A stretch of 64,000 nucleotides of DNA from an uncultured virus (IMG/VR IMGVR_UViG_3300044617_000992) (IMGVR_UViG_3300044617_000992), one strand, 5' to 3'; positions 1-7,326 are shown, counted from the first letter of the stretch. The notes: a model not told the origin generated them from the letters alone. Made by a program: numbers and translations.

Positions 1-8
1 GTCATAGT

Positions 9-218
9 TTATTTTACAATTTTCCAATTAGGGTCATTTACTTTATCAATCCAAAAGAAGTATTTCTTATTGATTGATGCTAGAAATAGTTGTTTATCAT
101 TTTCTTGTTCTACATGACATCCGTGCAGACTATCCATCATATTTGCAAATCTATTTTTTGCTTTGTTGGAAACAGGTTCCACATTTACCATTTTGCGTTT
201 CACTTTAGTTGCCAACAC
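9..218 (-). CDS. hypothetical small phage protein (likely early)
   Basis: 69-aa ORF directly downstream of the palindrome/extended -10 promoter at 242-298. Confidence 0.65.
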   Translation of the reverse strand: MLATKVKRKMVNVEPVSNKAKNRFANMMDSLHGCHVEQENDKQLFLASINKKYFFWIDKVNDPNWKIVK

Positions 219-241
219 AAGATTTGCTTAACTACTCTAGT

Positions 242-298
242 AGTATAGCACGAAGTCAACCCAAAAGGATTATGCTTGTGCCACTTCAAAAATTGACC
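242..298 (-). promoter_or_regulatory. palindrome + extended -10 promoter, copy A
   Basis: minus strand GGTCAATTTTTGAAGTGGCAC-N27-TGCTATACT; same layout as five other sites. Confidence 0.6.
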
Positions 299-305
299 CT
301 TTGTA

Positions 306-376
306 TGGAGAATAGGAGAATCGAACTCCTAATAAGTGCTTGCAAAGCACCCGTTATACCGTTTAACTAATTCCCC
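306..376 (-). tRNA. tRNA-Ala(UGC)
   Basis: cloverleaf GGGGAAT...ATTCTCC-A, G3:U70 pair, anticodon loop TTTGCAA, T-loop TTCGATT; CCA not encoded. Confidence 0.92.
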
Positions 377-380
377 TAGA

Positions 381-454
381 TGCCCATAATAGGAGTCGAA
401 CCTACACTGTATGGATTCTAAGTCCACCCTCTCTGCCAGTTGGAGTATATGGGC
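381..454 (-). tRNA. tRNA-Leu(UAG), short variable arm
   Basis: GCCCATA/TATGGGC acceptor stem, loop CTTAGAA, T-loop TTCGACT. Confidence 0.85.
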
Positions 455-457
455 AAA

Positions 458-530
458 CTCCAGATGTAGGTACTGCCCCTACCGATCTCCGATTAACAGT
501 CGGGTCCGTTCGCTTGCTCGGTCATCTGGA
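458..530 (-). tRNA. tRNA-Asn(GUU), atypical T- and D-loops
   Basis: TCCAGAT/ATCTGGA acceptor stem, anticodon arm CCGA-CTGTTAA-TCGG, T-arm GTAGG-GGCAGTA-CCTAC. Confidence 0.75.
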
Positions 531-537
531 ATAAAAA

Positions 538-699
538 TTACTGTTCCATCATATATTCGACAGTATTTGCTACATCATTCATAGCATCACGAAGATTCGG
601 TCTTTGTCCCGATTCTTGTCTAACAATAGGTCTTGATGAATCTGTGAGGGTCCATCTCCACTGTTTCATATTATCACAATACCAGAGATTAATTTTCAT
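538..699 (-). CDS. hypothetical protein (53 aa, MKINLWYCDNMKQWRWTL...)
   Basis: read manually, below ORF-track cutoff; fills gap in tRNA cluster. Confidence 0.65.
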   Translation of the reverse strand: MKINLWYCDNMKQWRWTLTDSSRPIVRQESGQRPNLRDAMNDVANTVEYMMEQ

Positions 700-844
700 T
701 TTTCTGATATTCTAGTTTAATCCAGTTTAGAAGTGCATTAACTTCCATTCTTTTTTCTTCAGTGAAATCAAATTGTTTATTGAAGAGATAAAAATCTAAT
801 GCCTCAATGGCAAGAGTTCTATCTTTTTGAGAAACCAGTGACAT
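689..844 (-). CDS. hypothetical protein (51 aa, MSLVSQKDRTLAIEALDFY...)
   Basis: read manually; AATAAATA late-like promoter at ~867-874 upstream; overlaps next ORF start. Confidence 0.6.
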   Translation of the reverse strand: MSLVSQKDRTLAIEALDFYLFNKQFDFTEEKRMEVNALLNWIKLEYQKNEN

Positions 845-880
845 AATTTATTTTTGTAGTTGGAGATATTTATTCTCCAA

Positions 881-954
881 TCGGGATGATAGGATTCGAA
901 CCTACGACCCTCTGTTCCCAAAACAGATGCGCTACCAAACTGCGCTACATCCCG
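881..954 (-). tRNA. tRNA-Pro(UGG)
   Basis: CGGGATG...CATCCCG-A, loop TTTGGGA, GGTTCGAATCC. Confidence 0.95.
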
Positions 955-956
955 TT

Positions 957-1071
957 GTCCCGACATAAGGATTCGAACCTTAAGTTTTGATACACCTACC
1001 TCAGAGATAAATCTCCTTCTGGATTGCGTGGCACCACCACTGCATGACCGTTACCAACGGTGTCATCGGGA
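957..1071 (-). ncRNA. tRNA-like RNA (115 nt) with expanded core
   Basis: acceptor TCCCGAT/GTCGGGA, D-like arm ACCG-TTGGTAA-CGGT, T-arm TAAGG-TTCGAAT-CCTTA, ~65-nt middle with no canonical anticodon loop. Confidence 0.7.
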
Positions 1072-1093
1072 TTGAAAGTCTTTCAACTTTCAA

Positions 1094-1165
1094 TGGGAAA
1101 TGTCGGATTCGAACCAACGACTTATTGCTTGTAAGGCAACCACTCTACCACTGAGTTAATCTCCC
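1094..1165 (-). tRNA. tRNA-Val(UAC)
   Basis: GGGAGAT...ATTTCCC-A, loop CTTACAA, GGTTCGAATCC. Confidence 0.93.
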
Positions 1166-1274
1166 AGTGGAGTTGTTAACGTACAACTCCATAAACGGTG
1201 ATACAATACTGAAGTAATTTATTGAGTCCCCACGGTGTCAATAAAACTTTCAGTAAGGTTGGAGTAAACTCCAA

Positions 1275-1359
1275 CGGAAAGGAGAGGATTCGAACCTCCG
1301 GAGACTTTCATCTCTTTTGTTTTCAAGACAAACGCCTTAAACCACTCGGCCACCTTTCC
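1275..1359 (-). tRNA. tRNA-Ser(UGA)
   Basis: GGAAAGG...CCTTTCC-G, loop CTTGAAA, long variable arm. Confidence 0.95.
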
Positions 1360-1369
1360 TTATGAACTC

Positions 1370-1398
1370 ATCATACCATATCTATAATGAGTTGTCAA
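1370..1398 (-). promoter_or_regulatory. sigma70-type promoter for tRNA cluster 1
   Basis: TTGACA-17nt-TATGAT about 10 nt upstream of tRNA-Ser. Confidence 0.8.
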
Positions 1399-1403
1399 GC
1401 ATT

Positions 1404-1430
1404 AAAAAAGAGGGCCATAAGACCCTCTTT
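1404..1430 (-). terminator. intrinsic terminator
   Basis: AAAGAGGGTC-TTATG-GCCCTCTTTTTT after 1451..2038. Confidence 0.8.
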
Positions 1431-1450
1431 AGAATCTTATTGTGATTATA

Positions 1451-2038
1451 TCACTCTTCGATGTATTCTGCAACGATGCTGTCTACCCACTCTTCACTCA
1501 TATTTGACATAATAGCAACTGCTGCTTCTTCAGTCGAAGCAAAACCTTCATCAAGAAGGTGTGAAAGAATTAGATCATAAAGATCAGCACTTTCCTTTCT
1601 AATAACTTCGGTACTAGGCTTTGATTTTTTTCTTGGATAAGTAACTGCTTGTGGTTCACCAGCACCCTTTACAACACGAGTAACTTCAGCAGCATGACGG
1701 CTACCATACTCTCTTGCCATTGGACCAGTCATTCTTTTGCCGTAGGGCTTTTCTCTATCCATTCTTTGAGAAACAGTTTCTTCTTCTCCACCCTTTCTCT
1801 TGAGTTTTGAAGCAGGTGTTGCTCTGTCTTTCCAATCCTTGAACTTTTCCTCGGGACCATAACCTTTCTGTCCCTTTGCCTTTTCTACATGCTTCTCACG
1901 AGATTTCTTAGCATCTGCTCTGACTTCTGCCTGAGACATAGTTGGACGATATGGTTTTACACCAGGTGCCCTTTCTTCATCAACATTTTGAGAATAAATG
2001 GATGCATACATTTCACGTAAGTACTGTGCTGAGTTCAT
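1451..2038 (-). CDS. late, basic putative capsid-internal protein (paralog of 10245..10967)
   Basis: C-terminal DLYDLILSHLLDEGFASTEEAAVAIMSNMSEEW; TATAAATA at 2063-2070. Confidence 0.7.
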   Translation of the reverse strand: MNSAQYLREMYASIYSQNVDEERAPGVKPYRPTMSQAEVRADAKKSREKHVEKAKGQKGYGPEEKFKDWKDRATPASKLKRKGGEEETVSQRMDREKPYGKRMTGPMAREYGSRHAAEVTRVVKGAGEPQAVTYPRKKSKPSTEVIRKESADLYDLILSHLLDEGFASTEEAAVAIMSNMSEEWVDSIVAEYIEE

Positions 2039-2065
2039 TTGACTTGAGAAAACTTATACAAATAT

Positions 2066-2905
2066 TTATACAATTTCATTATTTTTGTAGTTTGTAATTA
2101 ATAATTCAGTTTTCACATTATCATCTGTACCTTTTCTTCCACGATGAACCATTGAATAACGTAGTTTCCACTCTGTTAGTGTGTAGTCTTTATAACGATC
2201 TTTAATCCAATCATTAACGTTATATGTAATCATAAAACGATGAGGACATTGATCTACATCATCTGCGAATCTTTCGTGTGAGAAGGACGAATGGAGTTTT
2301 CTGTCTGTACCATAAAGAAAATCCTTAATGTCGTAAGGAGGATCAAGAAACACAAATACGTCGTCACCAGCATCATTCATTACTTCTGAATAATCAATAT
2401 TAGTGATTTTCCAGTCTTTAATGATGTTTGAGTAAAGTGGAAGTTTGTCAATGCCAACAAGAGAAAAATTAGATCTTGATGCTTGAACTGAAAATGTAGA
2501 ATTTTCAGTAAGTCCTGAATAAGAACACTTATTCATTACAAAAAAAGCAATTGCTTGTTCGAATGGAATCAGTTCTTGAATGTGAGAAGCATAGAAATCA
2601 AAAAGATGTCTATGCCCCTCATCATCACCATCAACTCCTTCTTTAATTTGCCTTAGTGCTTCTGATAACTTTTGACCATTATCCCTCAACTGAACCCAGA
2701 AGTTATACAAGTAATAATACTTGTCATTCACCCAAATAGGTATCTTTGGATAGTTTTGGGATACCATTAAAGAAATGCTCCCACCACCTAAAAATGGTTC
2801 TCTGAATTCTTTGAAATCAGTAGGAAACCAAGGAGCAAGAGTTTTTAATGCTTTACTCTTGCCCCCTGGATACCTAAGACAGGTTTTTAGTGGAAACTGT
2901 TTCAT
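2066..2905 (-). CDS. dam: DNA adenine methyltransferase (D12/Dam class)
   Basis: LRYPGGKS, EPFLGGGS SAM-binding motif, FLDPPY catalytic motif. Confidence 0.9.
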   Translation of the reverse strand: MKQFPLKTCLRYPGGKSKALKTLAPWFPTDFKEFREPFLGGGSISLMVSQNYPKIPIWVNDKYYYLYNFWVQLRDNGQKLSEALRQIKEGVDGDDEGHRHLFDFYASHIQELIPFEQAIAFFVMNKCSYSGLTENSTFSVQASRSNFSLVGIDKLPLYSNIIKDWKITNIDYSEVMNDAGDDVFVFLDPPYDIKDFLYGTDRKLHSSFSHERFADDVDQCPHRFMITYNVNDWIKDRYKDYTLTEWKLRYSMVHRGRKGTDDNVKTELLITNYKNNEIV

Positions 2906-2922
2906 TTAATGAATTACTTGAA

Positions 2923-3006
2923 TAGGACGAGAGAGACTTGAACTCTCACGGGATTGCTCCCAACGGATTTTAAGTCCGGTGCGTCTACCACTTCCGCCAC
3001 CGTCCC
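2923..3006 (-). tRNA. tRNA-Leu(UAA)
   Basis: GGGACGG...TCGTCCT-A, loop CTTAAAA, long variable arm. Confidence 0.95.
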
Positions 3007-3014
3007 ATATGTTT

Positions 3015-3089
3015 TGGTAGGACTGCCGAGAATTGAACTCGGTTCACACACTTATAAGGTGTGGGCTTTAACCAATAAGCAACAGTCCC
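3015..3089 (-). tRNA. tRNA-Ile(UAU)
   Basis: GGGACTG...CAGTCCT-ACCA; anticodon arm CACAC-CTTATAA-GTGTG. Confidence 0.88.
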
Positions 3090-3095
3090 TTGATT

Positions 3096-3134
3096 ATTTG
3101 ACAATCATAAGGCAGAAACCTTAGATTGTCAAAT
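3096..3134 (-). promoter_or_regulatory. sigma70-type promoter embedded in an inverted repeat
   Basis: TTGACA(3127-3132)-17nt-TATGAT(3104-3109) within ATTTGACAATC...GATTGTCAAAT. Confidence 0.7.
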
Positions 3135-3205
3135 GGGAAATGGTGGATTTGAACCACCGACCTTTCGATTATCAGTCGAATGCTCTACCCCTAAGCTAAT
3201 TTCCC
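3134..3205 (-). tRNA. tRNA-Ile(GAU)
   Basis: GGGAAAT...ATTTCCC-A, loop CTGATAA. Confidence 0.95.
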
Positions 3206-3209
3206 GAGG

Positions 3210-3281
3210 TGGGTTATGTTGGATTTGAACCAACGACTAATCGGTTAAAAGCCGAATACTCTACCACTGAGTTAATAACCC
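3210..3281 (-). tRNA. tRNA-Lys(UUU)
   Basis: GGGTTAT...ATAACCC-A, loop CTTTTAA. Confidence 0.95.
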
Positions 3282-3374
3282 TGGCGGAAGTGGTTGGATT
3301 TGAACCAACGGATGCCTACTGAAGACATCGGGGGATTAGCAATCCCCTGCATTAAACCTCTCTGCCACACTTCC
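3282..3374 (-). tRNA. tRNA-Ser(GCU)
   Basis: GGAAGTG...CACTTCC-GCCA, loop TTGCTAA, long variable arm. Confidence 0.95.
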
Positions 3375-3379
3375 ATAGG

Positions 3380-3452
3380 TGCTCGTTGAGAGAATTGAAC
3401 TCTCCTGGAACCGATTATGAGTCGGGTGCTTTCACCAGATAGCTAAACGAGC
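3380..3452 (-). tRNA. tRNA with CAU anticodon (elongator Met or Ile2)
   Basis: GCTCGTT...AACGAGC-A, loop CTCATAA; paired 1:72, so not an initiator. Confidence 0.85.
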
Positions 3453-3464
3453 AAAAAATGTGAA

Positions 3465-3683
3465 TTAGATATTCACAAGAGTTCCATCTTTCCGAAACTG
3501 TGAAACAAGTTTGCCAATACTCTCAGCAACATTAACTTGTTCTTTTACATAAGTCAAGTCATCACACTTAAAAAGATAAACTTGCTCTGGTTTATAGGTA
3601 TAAGCAATACCTACTTGATTGTGTTCATTATCAAACTCAATCCTTGCAATAGCAGAAGAATTGGTGATTTCAAGAACTTCCAT
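3465..3683 (-). CDS. KTSC-like domain protein
   Basis: SSAIARIEFD...VYLF...SIGK pattern, 72 aa. Confidence 0.6.
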   Translation of the reverse strand: MEVLEITNSSAIARIEFDNEHNQVGIAYTYKPEQVYLFKCDDLTYVKEQVNVAESIGKLVSQFRKDGTLVNI

Positions 3684-3706
3684 CGGTCCCTTTCGATTAC
3701 TCCGTA

Positions 3707-3762
3707 ATCATAGCACGGTCAGGGGTGGTCTGGCAAGGTCGTGTGTCAGTTCAGGAACTGTC
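3707..3762 (-). promoter_or_regulatory. palindrome + extended -10 promoter, copy B
   Basis: GACAGTTCCTGAACTGACAC-N27-TGCTATGAT. Confidence 0.7.
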
Positions 3763-4150
3763 TCATCCCAGTTGCTTTCACAAATGCCTCAAGACCTTTG
3801 TTAATCGGACGCACTTTGATGTAAATCTCTTCGGGAACTTTACCAAAGTATCCTTGCAACCAAGGACACAACCAAACAGGAACACACATTGTCGTATCAG
3901 TATACGTTGTGCCTTCTTCATCAGATACTTCTTTCACCAGAAGAGTATCATAATCAGCAGGTTCTTCAAGGAAAAGGGAAATCTCAACTTCATCACCTTC
4001 AATCGGATACTTTCCAGTCTTGAAGTAGCAATGCTCATCAATTGCTTCTTCAGTTCCATTCAAAAGAAGTTCTTCAACTGTATCATTATGAGGATGGTCA
4101 AAGTGATACAAACAATCTTCACGTTTGATTGCTACAACTGTAAGTTCCAT
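3746..4150 (-). CDS. hypothetical protein (start re-assigned to MELTVVAIKR)
   Basis: the promoter and terminator at 4171-4226 lie inside the longer predicted ORF, so ATG 4150 is preferred. Confidence 0.65.
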   Translation of the reverse strand: MELTVVAIKREDCLYHFDHPHNDTVEELLLNGTEEAIDEHCYFKTGKYPIEGDEVEISLFLEEPADYDTLLVKEVSDEEGTTYTDTTMCVPVWLCPWLQGYFGKVPEEIYIKVRPINKGLEAFVKATGMRQFLN

Positions 4151-4170
4151 AGGATTTGCGTGTTTCAAGT

Positions 4171-4226
4171 AGTATAGCACAAAAAAAGACCTCTTGCGAG
4201 GTCTTGAGGACAGTTTAAGGATTGTC
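4171..4226 (-). promoter_or_regulatory. palindrome + terminator + extended -10 promoter, copy C
   Basis: GACAATCCTTAAACTGTCCTC, then AAGACCTC-GCAA-GAGGTCTT-TTTTT, then TGCTATACT. Confidence 0.7.
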
Positions 4227-4991
4227 TCAGTCTGCTTTTCCAACCATCAATCCAGTTTTTGCAGACTTTTCAGTGCTTCTTTTGCCGAATGCTTTCTTAT
4301 AAAGTTTTGCTCTCTTTGCTTCACCAGTCTTTTCATCTTCACCCTGCATCACAGCAGATGGTTTTCCAACAACAGTTTCACCTTTCTTTGCACCTGCTCT
4401 CTTGAGTTGATTTGGAGTATCCTTTACGGCAGCAATAAAGTTTCTTCCTCTTTCCATTTGTTGATGTTTATCACCCTTTTCAAGTTCAATATCACGATGC
4501 ATAATATCTACAGTATGGACTCTTCCAGTTTTCTTTGCACCTGCTTTAGTCATTTGCTTTTTCAAGTCCTTCACTCTTCTTACACTTTCACTTGAAGGTG
4601 CATGTTTATATTTTGTCCACCCAGAAGAATCTTTACCTGCTGATTTAAACTTTTGGATTAGTCTTTCACCCTTTGCTGCTTTTCTTCCAGATGCGTGTGT
4701 GCGAATATAATGGTCTTGTTTTGTGCTGCCGTAATCATCATAATCGTCTTCGCTATCATTAGTTGTATAATTTTTAGGCTTTGCTCTTAAGTCTTTGGTG
4801 GAATACTTACCAGTTCCCTTCAATCCTGCCTTCTTTGAGATAGCAGCAGTGGTTCTTTCACTCCTACTCATATCAGCACCACGACCACGAGCCAGTGTTA
4901 CATTACCTCTAGTTCTTCTACCACTTCTTTCACCACCTGAACTTTCTTCAAGTTCATAACATTCGTAAATAAACTCTTGAAATGTTTTCAT
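4227..4991 (-). CDS. putative capsid-internal protein
   Basis: N-terminus MKTFQEFIYE resembles T4 IP capsid-targeting sequence MKTYQEFIAE; highly basic. Confidence 0.65.
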   Translation of the reverse strand: MKTFQEFIYECYELEESSGGERSGRRTRGNVTLARGRGADMSRSERTTAAISKKAGLKGTGKYSTKDLRAKPKNYTTNDSEDDYDDYGSTKQDHYIRTHASGRKAAKGERLIQKFKSAGKDSSGWTKYKHAPSSESVRRVKDLKKQMTKAGAKKTGRVHTVDIMHRDIELEKGDKHQQMERGRNFIAAVKDTPNQLKRAGAKKGETVVGKPSAVMQGEDEKTGEAKRAKLYKKAFGKRSTEKSAKTGLMVGKAD

Positions 4992-5659
4992 CTGCCACTA
5001 CCAGTTGAACGTGATCTTTGTGCCCTCTTTAATGCAACTTTCTGTGCGGGTGATGGACCAGCACTAAATGGTCTTACTCTTTCTCCTTCTGGAGTTTTCT
5101 CCATTTTCTGCTTTTCTAGTTTCCCAACACCTCTCAATCTACCAGGTGCTGCTGCCCCAGAACCACCACCACCTTGTGCGTGTCTAGTAGCACCGTGCAT
5201 TCTAGTAGCATATGGTTGAGTTTCTTTATCAATCATCCCCTGCTTCATTCTACCAGTTGCAGCTCTTGGTGATAATGATTTTCTTGTTGATTTTTTAACT
5301 TCTAGTCCGCCTTCAGGTTTTTTCACAACTCTACCTGAAGTTGTGGTTACGTGAAGAGGAGTTTTCTTTTCTCCCTTCACTTTATCCTCTTTACGCATCT
5401 CAACGAGATATGCTTCTTCTACGAATTCCTTGAATGTTTTCATTTTACGATTTCTAGCAGGATGTGAGACTCTTCCACTATCTAAATTTCGATTTGCTTC
5501 CTTTCTTTTTCTCATCATATTTGACATTAGTTGCATACCTGGTGCTTCAACATTTCCAGATCTAACTAATGCCTGTGGAGACTGTGCTGCATTTGCAGCA
5601 AACGACAATGCTAATATAGCATTCGCAGCAGCATCTCTTTTTCTACCTTCAGAAAGCAT
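4988..5659 (-). CDS. putative capsid-internal protein
   Basis: internal MKTFKEFVEEAYLVE motif; basic; ATAAATA upstream. Confidence 0.6.
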   Translation of the reverse strand: MLSEGRKRDAAANAILALSFAANAAQSPQALVRSGNVEAPGMQLMSNMMRKRKEANRNLDSGRVSHPARNRKMKTFKEFVEEAYLVEMRKEDKVKGEKKTPLHVTTTSGRVVKKPEGGLEVKKSTRKSLSPRAATGRMKQGMIDKETQPYATRMHGATRHAQGGGGSGAAAPGRLRGVGKLEKQKMEKTPEGERVRPFSAGPSPAQKVALKRAQRSRSTGSGR

Positions 5660-5665
5660 TTAGAT

Positions 5666-5699
5666 AAAAAATAACCTCTGATTATTTATCAGAGGTTAT
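5666..5699 (-). terminator. terminator hairpin carrying a late promoter in its loop
   Basis: TAACCTCTGAT-AAATA-ATCAGAGGTTA-TTTTT. Confidence 0.7.
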
Positions 5700-5702
5700 A
5701 CT

Positions 5703-5867
5703 TCAGTCTCCTTTACCTTCTAGAGTTTTGACTAGCATAGCAGTGAAAAGTTCCATTTTTTCTGGATGTACTGATGCTGGGTTTTGATTAATTACATTTT
5801 TAAGTGCAACTAATTCATTCCATTCATCATTAGAAAGTTCAGAATTGAAATTGTCTGAGTAAGTCAT
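5703..5867 (-). CDS. hypothetical protein (54 aa, ...EWNELVALKNVINQNPASVHPEKMELF...)
   Basis: read manually; extended -10 TGTTAGGAT upstream, terminator downstream. Confidence 0.65.
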   Translation of the reverse strand: MTYSDNFNSELSNDEWNELVALKNVINQNPASVHPEKMELFTAMLVKTLEGKGD

Positions 5868-5935
5868 AATGCTCTCAATTTATGAGGAAATCCTAACATA
5901 ATATCTATCGTATCAATGTTTTCTTAATGATGTCT

Positions 5936-6286
5936 TCAGGTTTCAGTAAACTTTTGTAACACTTCAATATCTTTTTCCAATTCTTCATTTTGCTTCTTAT
6001 CATGATAATAAGAATAGAGAGAATTGTGAACATCCATTAGTTCGGAAATCCAGAACCCAGCAGGATAGATTCCTAAAGCATCTTGAAGTCCTCGATGACT
6101 TGTTCCTGCTTGTTCTGCCTTACACATAATATAGCAGATTGCTTGTACCATATCAAGTTTTTCATCTTCAGAAAGCATAAAATACTTTCCTACTGATTTT
6201 TGTACAGATTCCTCCATATCTTTTTGAAGTTTTTTACAAGCATCAGAATCCCACCATTCTTTTAGGGATTTACCTAGTTCATTCAT
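5936..6286 (-). CDS. hypothetical protein
   Basis: 116-aa ORF in tightly packed operon. Confidence 0.7.
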   Translation of the reverse strand: MNELGKSLKEWWDSDACKKLQKDMEESVQKSVGKYFMLSEDEKLDMVQAICYIMCKAEQAGTSHRGLQDALGIYPAGFWISELMDVHNSLYSYYHDKKQNEELEKDIEVLQKFTET

Positions 6287-6609
6287 AACTTTTTAATAGT
6301 AAAGGATCCATCATAATTATCAACCCACTGTAGAGTATCACCTTCCTTCCATCCAAGTTTTTGAATAGATTCTTTTGGAAATGTAATATACTGTTCTCCA
6401 GTGATTGGATCTTCCTCTACAGGAATTGTATGCTGATCTTCGTACATTTTTAGTTTTTGCTTTAGTGCTTCATTAAACCAGTTCTCAATCCATTCTTGAT
6501 CTTTATCATTCAAAAAAGACCACATTGGATCATTTTCATCCCAATCAAGATCAAATGATCCATCTTCCCTTTCAGTAACTTTAAGTGAATCTGTTTCAGT
6601 CATTACCAA
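6283..6609 (-). CDS. AbrB/MazE-like DNA-binding domain protein
   Basis: C-terminal YITFPKESIQKLGWKEGDTLQW swapped-hairpin signature. Confidence 0.6.
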   Translation of the reverse strand: MVMTETDSLKVTEREDGSFDLDWDENDPMWSFLNDKDQEWIENWFNEALKQKLKMYEDQHTIPVEEDPITGEQYITFPKESIQKLGWKEGDTLQWVDNYDGSFTIKKL

Positions 6610-6750
6610 TTACCTTTCGTTGAAGTTCCTCTATTTGCGTTTGTAGTTCATATAGGGTATTTGTTGTCCCTACATTTTCTTGTTCTAATTTTTTAATTTT
6701 TTCTTCCAAATAATTAGTGTAATCAAGAATGGGTTGAATGAACTTTTGCA

Positions 6751-6978
6751 TTAACTTACCTCGTAATCCTGCTGATAATAGGCACTGACAACTTTATCAT
6801 CCCAACAAGAAGGAAGATTATTCTCCCTAGATCTCATATGATTTACTTTTGAGATTGGGAATTCAAAGAGTTCACAATCATGAAGAACTCCATCCAGTTG
6901 CTTACGCTCATTTTCAGTTTTTGGATAACGATATGCATATCTATGCATACCAGTAGTATTCCTGTAAGTTCTGCTCAT
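6751..6978 (-). CDS. hypothetical protein
   Basis: 75-aa ORF, coupled to upstream ORF. Confidence 0.6.
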   Translation of the reverse strand: MSRTYRNTTGMHRYAYRYPKTENERKQLDGVLHDCELFEFPISKVNHMRSRENNLPSCWDDKVVSAYYQQDYEVS

Positions 6979-7133
6979 TTCTTTACTCCATAAAGATTAA
7001 AGTAAGAATTGTATCTTAACCATCTACCATAAGATGGTTCAACATCTAGACTAGCACAACATTCCAAATAAGACAACCACTCAAACCAAGGAGTTGTATA
7101 ATCAAATACATGATATGGTCTAGAGTTTTCCAC
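6975..7133 (-). CDS. hypothetical protein (52 aa, MENSRPYHVFDYTTPWFEWLSYLECC...)
   Basis: read manually; GTG start, ATGA overlap with next ORF. Confidence 0.55.
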   Translation of the reverse strand: MENSRPYHVFDYTTPWFEWLSYLECCASLDVEPSYGRWLRYNSYFNLYGVKK

Positions 7134-7326
7134 CTACTACGCCTTCATAAGTTTGGGATTCAGTGAAACCTTCCTGCCGTCCCTTAAGATAAAAACGGGT
7201 TGCTGAAATACATTGCTCTTTAGTGAGAGATGTGATAATTGATTTGTCCTCTTTATCATAAGATACCCAAGTTCCCCATCTTTGCTCTTTAATATAAAAT
7301 GTGTCATCAATCCATTCAGGATTCAT
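7120..7326 (-). CDS. hypothetical protein
   Basis: 68-aa ORF ending YEGVVGGKL; ATGA overlap. Confidence 0.65.
   Translation of the reverse strand: MNPEWIDDTFYIKEQRWGTWVSYDKEDKSIITSLTKEQCISATRFYLKGRQEGFTESQTYEGVVGGKL

Noticed and set aside
306..376. tRNA-Cys reading of the first tRNA
   Set aside because: The 7-nt loop centres on TGC and the G3:U70 pair indicates Ala.
4151..4243. N-terminal extension of ORF 3746..4243 (likewise 40756..40785 and 8979..9116)
   Set aside because: Overlaps promoter/terminator elements or cobS; downstream ATGs fit better.
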